A stretch of 64,000 nucleotides of DNA, taken from NCBI GenBank assembly GCA_963663805.2, contig CAXXMR010000007.1, forward strand, positions 17,667 to 81,666. The letters are read 5' to 3'. A program made the position numbers and the translations under genes. Positions 53,125-64,000 of this stretch are shown piece by piece. The DNA comes from Sedimentisphaerales bacterium (GTDB lineage: Bacteria; Planctomycetota; Phycisphaerae; Sedimentisphaerales; SM23-30). Position 1 is the first letter of the stretch; each line of letters begins with the position of its first letter. The notes under the pieces were generated by a model. It was not told where the DNA came from. It was given only the letters and a program-made list of their open reading frames with translations, and made no database searches.

Positions 53125-53182
53125 ATTATTGGTGTGCGGATGATTGGTAAGTATATACGGCGCAGTAGATTTTGGATGATAT

Positions 53183-54430
53183 ATGGGTAAAAGCAAACTC
53201 AGTGCGAGCCTGGAGGATTATCTGGAGACCATATATCGCCTGTGTCGCGATAATCCAAATGCCCACGCCCACACAAATCAGATTTCAGAAGAATTGAAAG
53301 TCGCTAAGTCCTCTGTTTCCTGGGCTTTAAGTCAGCTCGGCGAGCGGGGACTAATAAATTATGAACGATATGCCCCCGTGACTTTGACTGAAAAAGGACA
53401 GGAGCTGGCCGCACGGGTCTGGCGGCGGCACGACGGACTAAAAAAATTTCTAGTAGAAGTTCTAGATATCAACGAAGATTTAGCTGAAGCCAACGCCTGC
53501 CGAATGGAGCATATTGTTGACCGGCGGATAATTGACAAGATGCGTACTTGTGTAAGTTTTCTGGATAGTTCGCCCGATTCGACCGCCGATTTTCGGGCGA
53601 GTTTTCGGAAATTTTGTGCCGAGCCAGCCGAGCAAACCCAAACGCCTGAGCAGGAGGTCGATTTAAATATCCCCAAGAGTACCAAGGAGCGGGATGAGCA
53701 GGTTTTGCTGCGCTTGACCGAAATTCTGCAGGAGTCGGGGCGGGAGTTGGATGAAGACGAGCTTACCATAGTCGCGGTTTTCATGGCATGTGAGAAGCAT
53801 CTCACCATTGATGAGATTCATAAGGAAGTACGCAAGAAGCGGTCGCGGATTTCTCATGAGCAGGTGGTGGAAGTGATGATTATGCTCTGTGAACATAAAA
53901 TCGCCCGGATACTGAGCTTTGGCAGGCAGGTGGTATATGAGCATTTGCATCCGGAGTCCCACCATGACCATTTGTATTGTGTCAAGTGCGGAGCGATTGT
54001 CGAGTTTTATGACCCGGAAATCGAGATGCGCCAGTTGGAGCAGGCCCGCAACGCGAATTTTCGGCCTTTGATACATCGGCTGGATATTCAGGGGGTCTGT
54101 CAGAATTGCATTAACCTTGAGGGGCGGACGCGCAGTCTGGATAAATGTCTCACCGGTGAACGGGTGCAGATAGTGCGGGTGGTTGCAGAGACTGAAATTC
54201 GTAAGCGAATTGCCGATATGGGACTGCTGGAAGCTAAGGATGTGGAAATCCTGAGTAATGACTGCTGCGGCCATAATCTCCTGTTGCTGCTGGGACATAC
54301 CCGAATGATGCTCGACCGGGAATTAGCGGCTAAACTGCGAGTTGCACCGGTTGGCTTGGCGGACCTTGAGCGTCGTCACCGTTGCCATCGGCGCGGTCAT
54401 CAGCATCGACCCGACCGGTTGGGGGAATAA
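53183..54430 (+). CDS. Fused metal-dependent regulator: DtxR/MntR + Fur + FeoA domains
   Basis: LEDYLETIY...EANACRMEH (DtxR); HHDHLYCVKCG...GVCQNC (Fur); RIADMGL FeoA/SH3-like; His/Arg-rich tail. Confidence 0.88.
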   Translation: MGKSKLSASLEDYLETIYRLCRDNPNAHAHTNQISEELKVAKSSVSWALSQLGERGLINYERYAPVTLTEKGQELAARVWRRHDGLKKFLVEVLDINEDLAEANACRMEHIVDRRIIDKMRTCVSFLDSSPDSTADFRASFRKFCAEPAEQTQTPEQEVDLNIPKSTKERDEQVLLRLTEILQESGRELDEDELTIVAVFMACEKHLTIDEIHKEVRKKRSRISHEQVVEVMIMLCEHKIARILSFGRQVVYEHLHPESHHDHLYCVKCGAIVEFYDPEIEMRQLEQARNANFRPLIHRLDIQGVCQNCINLEGRTRSLDKCLTGERVQIVRVVAETEIRKRIADMGLLEAKDVEILSNDCCGHNLLLLLGHTRMMLDRELAAKLRVAPVGLADLERRHRCHRRGHQHRPDRLGE

Positions 54431-54684
54431 TAACGGTGGGTGGCTAGATTTGCTATTATTTATTATAAAAGTTTTATAGTTAAGGGGTTATGCTTTTTGT
54501 TGAGGGATGATTTTCTTGATTTTTCTATGCGAGTTTGAGGCATTTACTTGTAAATAGGATGATTTTCCGGTAATATTGCCAAGCTACCCGGCCAAAGCCG
54601 GGGCAGGCCTGATTTGGGACACAGATGTCCCAGATGGTCCCCAGTAATTGTAACTCATTTTTATATAGATGGTTAGGAGTACGT

Positions 54685-55974
54685 ATGGTAAATGAAGCTA
54701 CATTAAAGGTTCAGGATAAGGAATATACCCTTCCCGTATTGGTAGGTACTGAAGGTGAAGTTGGTGTCGATGTCACTCAGCTTCGGACCAAGTCGGGATG
54801 TATCACTTATGACCCAGGTTTTGGTAATACCGGCTCCTGTGAGAGCGCGATTACCTTTATCGACGGCGATAAAGGGATATTACGTTATCGGGGAATCGAC
54901 ATCGCCGAGCTGGCCGAGAAGAGTACTTTTACCGAAGTCGCTCAGTTGCTTATCTGGGGCGAGCTGCCGACGGTCTCACAGAGGAACGCCTTTTCGGAGC
55001 AGTTGACCGACAATGCTTTGCTGCACGAAAATCTGAAGAATCATTTTGAGGGATTTCCCGGCAAAGCTCACCCGATGGCGATGCTGTCAGCTATGATTAA
55101 CGCATTGAGTTGTTATCATGAAACATTGGTTGACCCCGACTCTCATGAGGATATGGCAGCGGCTTCGGCGCGATTGATGAGTAAAATTCGCACGATCGCA
55201 GCGTTTTCTTACAAGATGTCCAAGGGGGAACCGTTTATCTATCCCGACCCGAACCGTCGTTATGTATCGAACTTTTTGCATATGATGTTTTCACTGCCGC
55301 ATCTGGATTACGAAGCGCCGCCGGAGATTAATGTGGCGATTGACCGTATGCTTATGCTGCACGCCGACCATGAACAGAATTGCAGTACCTCGACCGTGCG
55401 TATGGTAGCTTCGGCGGGCGGTAATCTGTTCTCGTCGATTGCTTCGGGTGTTTGTGCTTTGTGGGGCCGGGCACACGGCGGAGCTAATCAGGCAGTGGTT
55501 GAGATGCTCGCGGCGATTCACAATGAAGGACTTACGGTTAAGCAATGTATCGAAAAGGCCAAGGATAAAAAAGACCCATTCCGGCTGATGGGTTTTGGCC
55601 ATCGGGTGTACAAAAGTTATGACCCGCGGGCTCGGATAATGAAAGAATCGTGTGATGAGGTATTCAAACTTCTGGGCCATAAGGATCCGCTGCTGGATAT
55701 TGCTATCGAGCTGGAACAAATCGCGTTGGAAGATGATTACTTCATAGAACGCAATCTTTATCCAAATGTTGATTTTTACAGTGGCTTGATTTTGAAGGCT
55801 ATCGGAATACCGACGAATATGTTTACGGTATTTTTCGCGATTGGAAGGCTGCCGGGCTGGATTGCCCATTGGCGCGAACTGACTGAGAATCCGCAGATGC
55901 GCATCGCCCGGCCCCGACAGATTTATACCGGCCATACTCATCGGCCTTATGTCTCAATTGAGCAGAGGAGCTGA
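54685..55974 (+). CDS. gltA: Citrate synthase (type II)
   Basis: DPGFGNTGSC, HADHEQNCSTS, HGGAN, GFGHRVY, YPNVDFYSG; AGGAG RBS before MVNEA. Confidence 0.96.
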   Translation: MVNEATLKVQDKEYTLPVLVGTEGEVGVDVTQLRTKSGCITYDPGFGNTGSCESAITFIDGDKGILRYRGIDIAELAEKSTFTEVAQLLIWGELPTVSQRNAFSEQLTDNALLHENLKNHFEGFPGKAHPMAMLSAMINALSCYHETLVDPDSHEDMAAASARLMSKIRTIAAFSYKMSKGEPFIYPDPNRRYVSNFLHMMFSLPHLDYEAPPEINVAIDRMLMLHADHEQNCSTSTVRMVASAGGNLFSSIASGVCALWGRAHGGANQAVVEMLAAIHNEGLTVKQCIEKAKDKKDPFRLMGFGHRVYKSYDPRARIMKESCDEVFKLLGHKDPLLDIAIELEQIALEDDYFIERNLYPNVDFYSGLILKAIGIPTNMFTVFFAIGRLPGWIAHWRELTENPQMRIARPRQIYTGHTHRPYVSIEQRS

Positions 55975-55993
55975 TTTCCTGAGAATTATTTTG

Positions 55994-56030
55994 AGCCGGT
56001 GCGTGGTTGAAGCGTGCCGGCTTTTTTGTT
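55994..56030 (+). terminator. Intrinsic terminator
   Basis: agccggtgcg...cgtgccggct followed by a T run. Confidence 0.8.
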
Positions 56031-56108
56031 TGCGAAAATGGTTGCATTAAGCTCATGGCAAAGTCATAATGCCTTCTGGAGTCGTTCTTTTTAGTCGGTG
56101 AGATAATT

Positions 56109-57358
56109 ATGGCAATGGAATCTTCGAATAATAATCATTTAGGGGCGTTGCTGGAAATGGCTCGGGCGCTGGGTTCGGCCTATGATTTGGACCAGCTGTT
56201 GGGGATGGTGGTTGATTATTCGATGGAGCTGCTGGGGGCCGAGCGGGCAACGCTGTTTCTTTATGACGATGTAACCCGCGAGCTTTACACGCTGATTGTC
56301 AAAGGAACCGAGGGGTTTCGGATGTCGATTGACAAGGGTATCGCCGGGGCCGTGGCTCGCGAGCTGGAGATTATCAATATACCGGATGCCTATGATGATG
56401 AGCGGTTTAACCCAGAGGTCGATAAAAAAACGGGGTATCGCACCCGGAGTATTCTGGCCTGCCCGCTCAAGGATTATCAGGGGCGATTAGTGGGCGTGTT
56501 GCAGGTTTTGAATAAGCGGCAGGGAGTTTTTGGTGATGAGGATGTGGCGCTGGCGGAGGGTTTTTCGGCGCAGGCGGGCGTGGCGATTCAACGGGCGAAT
56601 CTGCTGGAAGAACAATTAGAGAAACAGCGGATGAAAGATGCTCTAAAGATGGCTAGTGAGATTCAGCAGGAATTGTTTCCGAAAAAGTCGCCGCAATTGA
56701 CGGGTTTTGACATCGCCTGTTGGAATCGACCTTGTGATGAGATTGGCGGTGACTATTGTGATTTTCTGAGGCTGGACGATAAGCGGCTGATAGTTTCGCT
56801 GGGCGATGTGACCGGGCACGGGGTTGGGCCGGCACTGGTTTCTTGTGCGACCCGGGCGATGCTGCGGGTTTTGAGCAGTGTCAATGACAATATCGAAGAA
56901 GTAATGCAGCGGGTGAATGGCATGCTGAACGCGGATTTGCCGACGGGTCGTTTCGTTACTTCGTTTCTGGGCATGGTGGAAAGTGATTCGGGCTTGCTGA
57001 GTTATTGCAGTGCGGGGCAGGGGCCTTTGCTTTGGCTAAAGGCCGCGACGGGTGAGGTCGAGTCGTTCGGAGCCGGTGGAATACCGATGGGGATACTGGA
57101 AGATTATGGTGAACTGCCCCCGAGCTTGTGACGATGGAGCGGGGTGATATTTTCGCGATTTTGACCGATGGGTTTTATGAATGGGCCCGCGAAGATGGCG
57201 TGCAGTTTGGCGCGGACAGGGTTTCAGAGATAATCAAAAATCGTCAGTCGCAGTCAGCGGAGGAGATCCTTTTGAGTGTGCGTGACAACGTAGAGCATTT
57301 CTGCGAGACTTGTCAGGCGGATGATTTGACCGCGATTATTATTAAGCGTACAGGATAA
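56109..57358 (+). CDS. GAF + SpoIIE/PP2C phosphatase (RsbU-like), frameshift at the C run near 57117-57121
   Basis: DAY.D.RF GAF, IGGDY, GDVTGHG, SAG; the downstream frame supplies TDGF and DDLT. Confidence 0.88.
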
Positions 57359-57370
57359 AAACGGGGGGAT

Positions 57371-59983
57371 TTATTTGCCGGTCATTTCGATACAGCCATT
57401 GAAGTTTTCGGGGGCACCGGCGGCGAGGAATTTCTGGGTGGTCTGGTAATAAAGTTTGGCGGCCTGGTCATCGGGGTGAATCTCCAGACATTTTTCAAAC
57501 TGTTCAACTGCCAAACGAAATTCAGTCTGCTGGAATGACCGAACAGCCTGAGCGAACATTTCATTGTATTGTTCCTGTTCGGGCCTGAGCCTATCTTTTT
57601 CGGTGAGACATTCATATATGCCCACACCGATTTTTTTGCCGAGCACACGAACTTTACCAAGGTAACGAGCTTCAACGGCTGAACATGCCAGGTTATAGGT
57701 GTTTTCGCAAATCATAATCTGCGTGCCAAACGCCTTGTTCGCTCCTTCCAGCCGTGAAGCGAGATTAACATTATCGCCGATGGCGGTATAATCAAATTTT
57801 CGGTGCGAGCCGCAGTCGCCAACCACGACATCGCCCGTGGCAATACCGATGCGCATTTTGAGAGTGGGGAAGTCTGCTTTGATTTGCTGTTGCTGCTGGA
57901 TGAGCTTCTGGAGTTCAGTCTGGGCGGCAAGAGCAGCACGGCAGGCTTGCAGGGGGAAGTCGGGTATTTCAACGGGAGCGCCAAAGAACGCGAAAATACC
58001 GTCGCCTTCGAATTTATTGATGGTGGCATAATAGCGGTCGAGCACTTCGGTCATGCGGTCAAGATATAGGTTGAGAATAGAGACAGTTTCGTGAGGCCCC
58101 AGCCTTTCGCTGATGGTGGTAAAACCCGCCAGGTCTGAAAAAAAACAGCTCAGAGGTCGCATCTCCCCGGCGAAGCTGAGAGTACTGCCAGATTCTACGA
58201 TACGGTCAACCAGGGCCGGCGAGGTGTACTGTTTGAAGCGGGTGGTGATTTGCCGTTTGGCTTTGCCTTCGGTAATTTCACGGTAAAAAGTAACCGCGGT
58301 GAAAGTGGCGAGAATAACGGCAAGGGGGGACACCAAAGCAAACCAGTAATGCCCCTGAGCAAAAATAAGGTAGAAGTTAATTATAATGACGGCCCAACAA
58401 AGCAGCGTCAGAAGCAGGCCGCTAACGAGAGGCCGATAAAGGGCGGTCACGGTAGTCATTGTCAGGCCGAGCAGGCAGATGGCCAGCAGTTCGAGCCAGC
58501 GGGCCGGGCGGTGGATGAAAGCGCCTTGGAGAATCGTGTTGAGAATATTACGATGAACAACGATGCCGGGCGTTAATTTACTGAAAGGAGTAACCACAAA
58601 GTCAGCAGCCGCGGTGGCGGTCGAGCCAACCAGAACGATTTTACCGTTCAACTCCACTTTAAGTTGTTGCTGTGCCTGTGAAATTTCTTGTTGTAGTTCG
58701 GCGATACTCTGACGCAGAATTTGCGGGTCGGGCAATAAGGCAAGTTGCTGCTGCTTTTGGGCGATTATATCGAGAGTCGCCTTATCGAAAGCGGAAGTGT
58801 CTTCAGGAATACTGCCCAACTGAAAGGTCAGGTCGTCAATAAGGCGAAGTTTGGTTTGATTCTGACCAAGGGCGTTTTGCTTTTCCCAGATCGAGGCCAA
58901 TCGGGTAGCGGAGATGTAGCCGCGGTCCTGCTGCCAGTTCTGAGTCCAGGCAATCAACATCCGGCCTTTAGCGTCAAGAGGGATGCTCAGTTTTCGGCTC
59001 GGCATAGAAATTTTGTCAGGCCGAGTAATATCAATGTCCTGCAACTTAACATCAAGCTGGCAACAAGCGGCACCAAAAGCCAGTTGAGTATATAGCCGTC
59101 CCTGATATTGAGCGACCAGTGGCACGCGACGAACCACGCCGTCAGAGTCGTCCTGGGCACTAACATAGCTGCTATGGGTAAGGGGGCGGATGAAGGTGGG
59201 GAAGGGGGGCGTAAAGTTGGCGAGTCTGTAAATGTTGACAGACGTTTTGTCTGGGTCGAAAGGCCGGGAAAATTTTTCCAGCCTAATCATCGCCAGTGCC
59301 CGGATATAGGTTCGCAGCAAATCAAAATAATTTTCATCACGCAGATTCGGGTCACGGTCGGGCCAAATATGTGGTAAAACATCGGCTTTGAAGTCAATAG
59401 TATCGAGATTGCCGGATTGCTTCAGAAAGTTATAGGCCTGGTTATATAAATCGTCATTTTCAGTACCGGACTGTTCCGCCGAGTTCTCGTAGAGATGAGC
59501 GTGAAAGGGCAGGGTCACAATTGACGATTGAGCTAGGGCGTTTTCAAGGATAGCGTCGTTATCGATAGTGAACGGTTCGGGAGTGGTGATAAATTCCACG
59601 GGCGGCTCAAAAACGCTGACATCGGTAGTGCCGGGCAGGGAAAGTTCCTTGTGCTGTTCCTCCGGCATGAGGATATCGAGCACAACCTGCCGGGCACCAG
59701 CCTGCTGACAAAGAGTAATAAGTTGAGCGATATTTTTGCGAGGCCAGGGCCAACGACCAATTTGCTCCAGGCTGTTATCGTCAATAACAATGGTGGCGAT
59801 GTCGGCATTTGAATCAGGGACAGGAAAAAGCTTCTGGCGAATATCGAACAATTTTAATTCGAGATAGTTAGGCCAGGTCCATTGAGCCAGCAAAGCGATA
59901 ATAATAGTGACAGTCAAACCGGTTAACACGCCCACATACGCCTGGGCGGTCAACCGGGTTTTGCACTTAGAACCTGGGGGCAT
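57371..59983 (-). CDS. CHASE2 adenylate/guanylate cyclase with C-terminal TPR-like region
   Basis: GRWPWPR, DSDGVVRR, three TMs, FSDLAGFT, KFEGD, YTAIGDNVNLASRLEG. Confidence 0.93.
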   Translation of the reverse strand: MPPGSKCKTRLTAQAYVGVLTGLTVTIIIALLAQWTWPNYLELKLFDIRQKLFPVPDSNADIATIVIDDNSLEQIGRWPWPRKNIAQLITLCQQAGARQVVLDILMPEEQHKELSLPGTTDVSVFEPPVEFITTPEPFTIDNDAILENALAQSSIVTLPFHAHLYENSAEQSGTENDDLYNQAYNFLKQSGNLDTIDFKADVLPHIWPDRDPNLRDENYFDLLRTYIRALAMIRLEKFSRPFDPDKTSVNIYRLANFTPPFPTFIRPLTHSSYVSAQDDSDGVVRRVPLVAQYQGRLYTQLAFGAACCQLDVKLQDIDITRPDKISMPSRKLSIPLDAKGRMLIAWTQNWQQDRGYISATRLASIWEKQNALGQNQTKLRLIDDLTFQLGSIPEDTSAFDKATLDIIAQKQQQLALLPDPQILRQSIAELQQEISQAQQQLKVELNGKIVLVGSTATAAADFVVTPFSKLTPGIVVHRNILNTILQGAFIHRPARWLELLAICLLGLTMTTVTALYRPLVSGLLLTLLCWAVIIINFYLIFAQGHYWFALVSPLAVILATFTAVTFYREITEGKAKRQITTRFKQYTSPALVDRIVESGSTLSFAGEMRPLSCFFSDLAGFTTISERLGPHETVSILNLYLDRMTEVLDRYYATINKFEGDGIFAFFGAPVEIPDFPLQACRAALAAQTELQKLIQQQQQIKADFPTLKMRIGIATGDVVVGDCGSHRKFDYTAIGDNVNLASRLEGANKAFGTQIMICENTYNLACSAVEARYLGKVRVLGKKIGVGIYECLTEKDRLRPEQEQYNEMFAQAVRSFQQTEFRLAVEQFEKCLEIHPDDQAAKLYYQTTQKFLAAGAPENFNGCIEMTGK

Positions 59984-60000
59984 AGTTGGCTGTTCCTGTC

Positions 60001-63000
60001 TCAGAGGGTCACACTCTGGCCCTGGGCGAAGTCGGCAAAGCCAAGTGAAAAATTAACCTCTGAACCCTGGTCGCCCAGAGTGGCGTTTTTGAGCTCAATT
60101 TTGTATTTGCAATCATTGAGGTTGATTTCAAATTTCCACACCGGCCCATCCGAACCCCTGGGGCGATTGTATTGGAATACGCCGGGGCTGTTCTGCGCCA
60201 TATAAATAGCCGGGACAGTTACCTGGAAGCCGCCCCAGTTAATAGTGATGTCCTGCTCAGCGATATTGAGGCCAGCCTGAGCGAGCGAAATCTGCCCGCT
60301 AATTTTCAGGCTGTCCTTGCCGGGCTCAGATTTAAGTTTGAGACTTACATCTTCGACATTAAGAGCGTCGGCATATCCATTCCAGAAACTCAGCGGAATC
60401 TCAGTTTCGACAGAACCAACCGCCTCGAAATAGCCGCCGATAGCGATGGTGATTTCCACCGGTGAAGTGATACCGAGCAGGTCAACATCTTTCGCTTCGA
60501 GCGTGAAGGTCCCCGCATCGACATCAAGTTTGATTTTGAAACTGCTGCCGTTGGGTAGTTTCTGCGAAGAACGATAGCGGTCACCACTGTTACGCACCCC
60601 GTCCCGGATAATATCGACCACATGTTCGAATGGCCCGACGCGGACAAGAAAACTGTCGGCATTTTCCTCATGGTAGCGGGGTCGATACTCAATAAGCCTT
60701 CAATCTTGAAACTGCCGTATCCGCTCTGGCCGCCCGTCTTGAGTTTGAATCGGGTAATTTCCAAAGGTGTAACAGCCGGAATAAAGCGGACACCCTGGAA
60801 TTCATAAGCTCCGATGTCAACGGATGAATAATTATAGGTACGCGGATTGCCCGCCAGGTCCACTGTGATACCGGTTATCGCTTCGTTGTCGCCGGCATCG
60901 ATGCTGTCGGATATCTCCGTAAGCCGGTAGTCACCGATGATCCAGTTATCATCATCGTCCCAGCCGCCCCGGTCAACGAATCTAGGCAGGCGGTCGATAT
61001 TGTCATTGTTCCACGTGAGTGTGCATCCGCTGTCACGATTAATCTCGTCAAGACCGCCTTCGATATTACTGGCCGATACCGCCAGGTGAGCCGCGTCGCC
61101 GATAGCGATTTGGGCTCCCGCGGAGGCGAAGTTGTCATAGACGATAGTGTTGGTCACGAACGCCGAAGCATTCCACGCCAATAACGCACCGCCGAAGTAG
61201 TCTGCCTGATTGCCAACCACAGTGCAGTTCGTCATGCTAAAATTGCCGAAACTGGCATAAATCGCACCGCCGTCTTCGGCAACGTTGGCCGCCAGCAGGC
61301 AGTTCGTAAGATTAACATTACTGTCAGCGGAAATAAGAGCGCCACCCACAGCCGCCCGATTACCAAGCAACTGGCAGTTGCTAAGGGTTAGATTGGAGTC
61401 GCCCAGAGCACAAACCGCACCGCCGTAGATACCGTAATTATCCGCAAAGGTGCAGTTGTTGACAATAGTGTCGGCACTAACGCAATAAAGTCCGCCGCCA
61501 ATATCGAATCCCGCGTCCGGGTCGTCAAGGTCTGCACGACCGGCGGTTATGGTAAATCCGTCGATTGCCGCGTCGGCACCGATCACCACCTGATAGGAAT
61601 TAACTTCGTCAGCGATTTGACCGCTGAGGATTGTCAGGTTGCTTTGGCCATCACGAAGATGACGCGAGGTTTCAACCCCGGCAAACCCACCGTAGACATT
61701 CACGTTGTCAACCATGAAGAACGCGTCTTCGGGATTGACGCCGGGGAAGTAAGTTCCCACGGCAACCCAGATTTCTGCACCGGCAGTAGCCTCAGCGAGC
61801 GCGTCCTGTAAATCCGTAAACGCGTTCGCCCAGGAAGTACCATCGTTAGCGCCGGCGGTCGCGGAGTTATCTACGAAAATCACCGTAGTCGTATCAGAAG
61901 TGTCAAAACGCGCCAAGGTCGTCGAGGCCAGATAAGGTGCCAGTTGACTCGGTACGCTAAGCGCCAGTTCATAGGCCGTGTCTGTACTTAGGATACCAGC
62001 CGATACCGTATAAGAGCCGCCGGCAGAAACCGGGACATCAAACGCGGTGGCCAGAGTTGTGGCATCGAATATCGTTAGTTGGTCGGGGGCAACACCGGTC
62101 CAGGTAATAATCGGTTCGGTGTTTACCCCAACAGCAAGGTCGCTCGGTGAGGTTATCTGGGCGAATTCCGGATAGGCCGAATACCAATGCTGGAACGTGA
62201 CCGACTGAGTCGAGCTGTCAGCGAGAGTAAGTTCAATGGTGTAAGGTCCGGCAGGCAACGCCCCTTCAATCTCAGCCAGGGTAGGCTTGGTTAGGCCGGT
62301 CAGGTCGTATTGGTCATATGTCAGACCCTCACGCACCGGCAATGCGATTGTACCGCTGGGCGTGACGAAGTTGATAGTGGATATGTCGGTCTGTCCGAAA
62401 GGCAATATTGTCAAAGTCGCCAGGCCGTAAGGTAGTGCGGCTTCAGTGCCGTAACGAAGTTTAGCGATTTGGAAATCAAAGGCAAACGCCGGCGGCAGAC
62501 TGTTGAGGTCGGTAGGGTCACTGCTGGCCCGACATTCGATAAGGTTGCTGTAGCCGTCACCGTCGCTGTCGATTGCGGCATCAGTCGGGTCAAGCGGATT
62601 GAGAATCGAAGGATACCTCAACTCGCAGGTATCATCAATTCCGTCGCCGTCGGTATCGACGCTGACAGCACACAAATCACCACCGGCAGGATAAGGATTA
62701 TATAAAGCACCATTACCGTCATAAGCGGCTTCAGTGTAATCACCAATCAAATCGCCGTCGGTATCAGAGCTGTTAGCGTTGAGGTCCGTCCCCGTTTGGG
62801 TTGCGATGTTGAATGGGTTATAGTTCTGGTCGTCGCCGTCAGAGGCCGCTTCCTGATAATCAGTCAGGCCGTCGTTATCAGAGTCAATCGAATTCAGATT
62901 AAGCGACCAGCGAGTTTCCTGGGGGTCACTGAGACCGTCGCCGTCGCTGTCGATGGTAGGTGAGGCGTTAGAAGTATTGCCGCAATAGCCCAGATTGGCA

Positions 63001-64000
63001 CGATTGCCGTTAGGGGCAGGCTCTGTGCAGGTCAAAGACGCGTTCGCCGCGTCAATACAGGGCGAAGCGGTTCCCAGATGATATTGACCGTCACTAAATA
63101 GCGGGTCAATGTCAAGATTCCCGCCGCCGTCAACGCCGACAGAGTTAAGCCAGGTCTTATTTACGGTGCTGCCGGTTATGTCACAATATACAAAAGTCGG
63201 CTGAGCATCATAATTGCCGATTTGACTGCCGCCGCTGAGAGTGGTGTTTTCGGCAATGATGGAATTAGTGATTGTAGGTTGGCATTCATAAACACGCAAA
63301 GCAGCGCCAATGTTAGCGGTATTGCCCGCGATGGTACAGAAGTCGATTTGAGCGTTGGACGCCGGTGACAAGTATAGGCCGCCGCCGCAGGAATTGGCGG
63401 TATTGTCAGCGATAAGTGAGTTACTGATAACCAGGTTACTGCCGGTATAAACATAAACACCGCCGCCGCACCCCTGTGACAGATTATTCTTAATCAGACA
63501 GCCTTGAACCGTTGGGCTGCTGCCGCTGTCGCAGAAAATTCCGCCCCCCGTCATCAAGGCTGTATTGCCCGTTACGGTGCAGTTCACAATGACAGGGCTG
63601 CTGCTGTTGACGCGAACACCCGCCCCGGAGTATTTCGACGTGTTATTCGAGATTACACAATTTTCAATGCGGGGACTGCTGTCGTTAGTGCAGAAAATCC
63701 CACCGCCGACATTAGCATAGCCGTTGGTAATAGTAAGACCCTTAATAACGGTGCTGGCAAACTCACCATTTTCAAAAATAAACCCGCGACGAGGCGAAGC
63801 CTCAGTCCCGCTGCAGTCAATCACACAGCCTTCCGGCCCAGCCGCAGACTGAATGGTAACAGCTTTTCCTCCGCAGTTAAGGTCACGATTACCGCTGCCG
63901 CTATATGTCCCCTCAGCGATAATCACTGTACCGCCCAAATTGGCCAGGTCAATACCACGCTGAATAGTCTTGACCGGGTCAGACTCAGAACCACTATTGC
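60001..64000 (-). CDS. Large secreted beta-helix repeat protein with Ca-binding DxDxDG repeats (5' partial; frameshift near 60680)
   Basis: GGGI/GGA beta-helix repeats, DSDGDG repeats, GTSWANAFTDLQDAL, VDIGAYEF; ORF 60001-60621 continues it in a shifted frame. Confidence 0.85.

Noticed and set aside
57128..57358. Separate 76-aa gene
   Set aside because: It is the frameshifted C-terminus of the SpoIIE phosphatase

Overview
Bacterial chromosomal window. The protein content (dockerin-like LDFAxxxxNWL tails, PEP-CTERM, large beta-helix exoproteins) suggests Planctomycetota/Phycisphaerae; this is inference, not marker-gene evidence. Left to right: TolC-MFP-RND efflux operon; an AT-rich LRR-Roc-COR (Roco) gene; an FN3 gene with a repeat-rich leader and a 21-bp-period palindrome array; a frameshifted exoprotein; a GH2/GH51/AraC locus; a heme-c DUF3365 histidine kinase; a MITE-like element; endonuclease III-like, CPBP, phosphatase-like, CDP-alcohol transferase and PEP-CTERM genes. 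Next is the most striking feature: a compact 13-kb co-oriented phage-structural operon (25637-38854: portal, scaffold, SU10/DUF5309-type capsid cleanly interrupted by an IS66, connector-, Dit- and hub-like genes, beta-helix spike, membrane proteins). It has no recognisable terminase, integrase, replication, tape-measure or tail-tube gene, so it is a candidate domesticated, GTA-like particle system. It lies back-to-back with lexA, separated only by a repeat-flanked sialate O-acetylesterase gene. The rest is cheA(MshEN)-cheR-cheY-cheB-cheX, alr, corA, glgP, a DtxR-Fur-FeoA fusion, gltA, a GAF-SpoIIE phosphatase, a CHASE2 cyclase and a large exoprotein. Several frameshifts sit at homopolymers and are probably sequencing errors. 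No rRNA, tRNA or CRISPR array was seen. All family calls come from motif recognition only; no searches were run.
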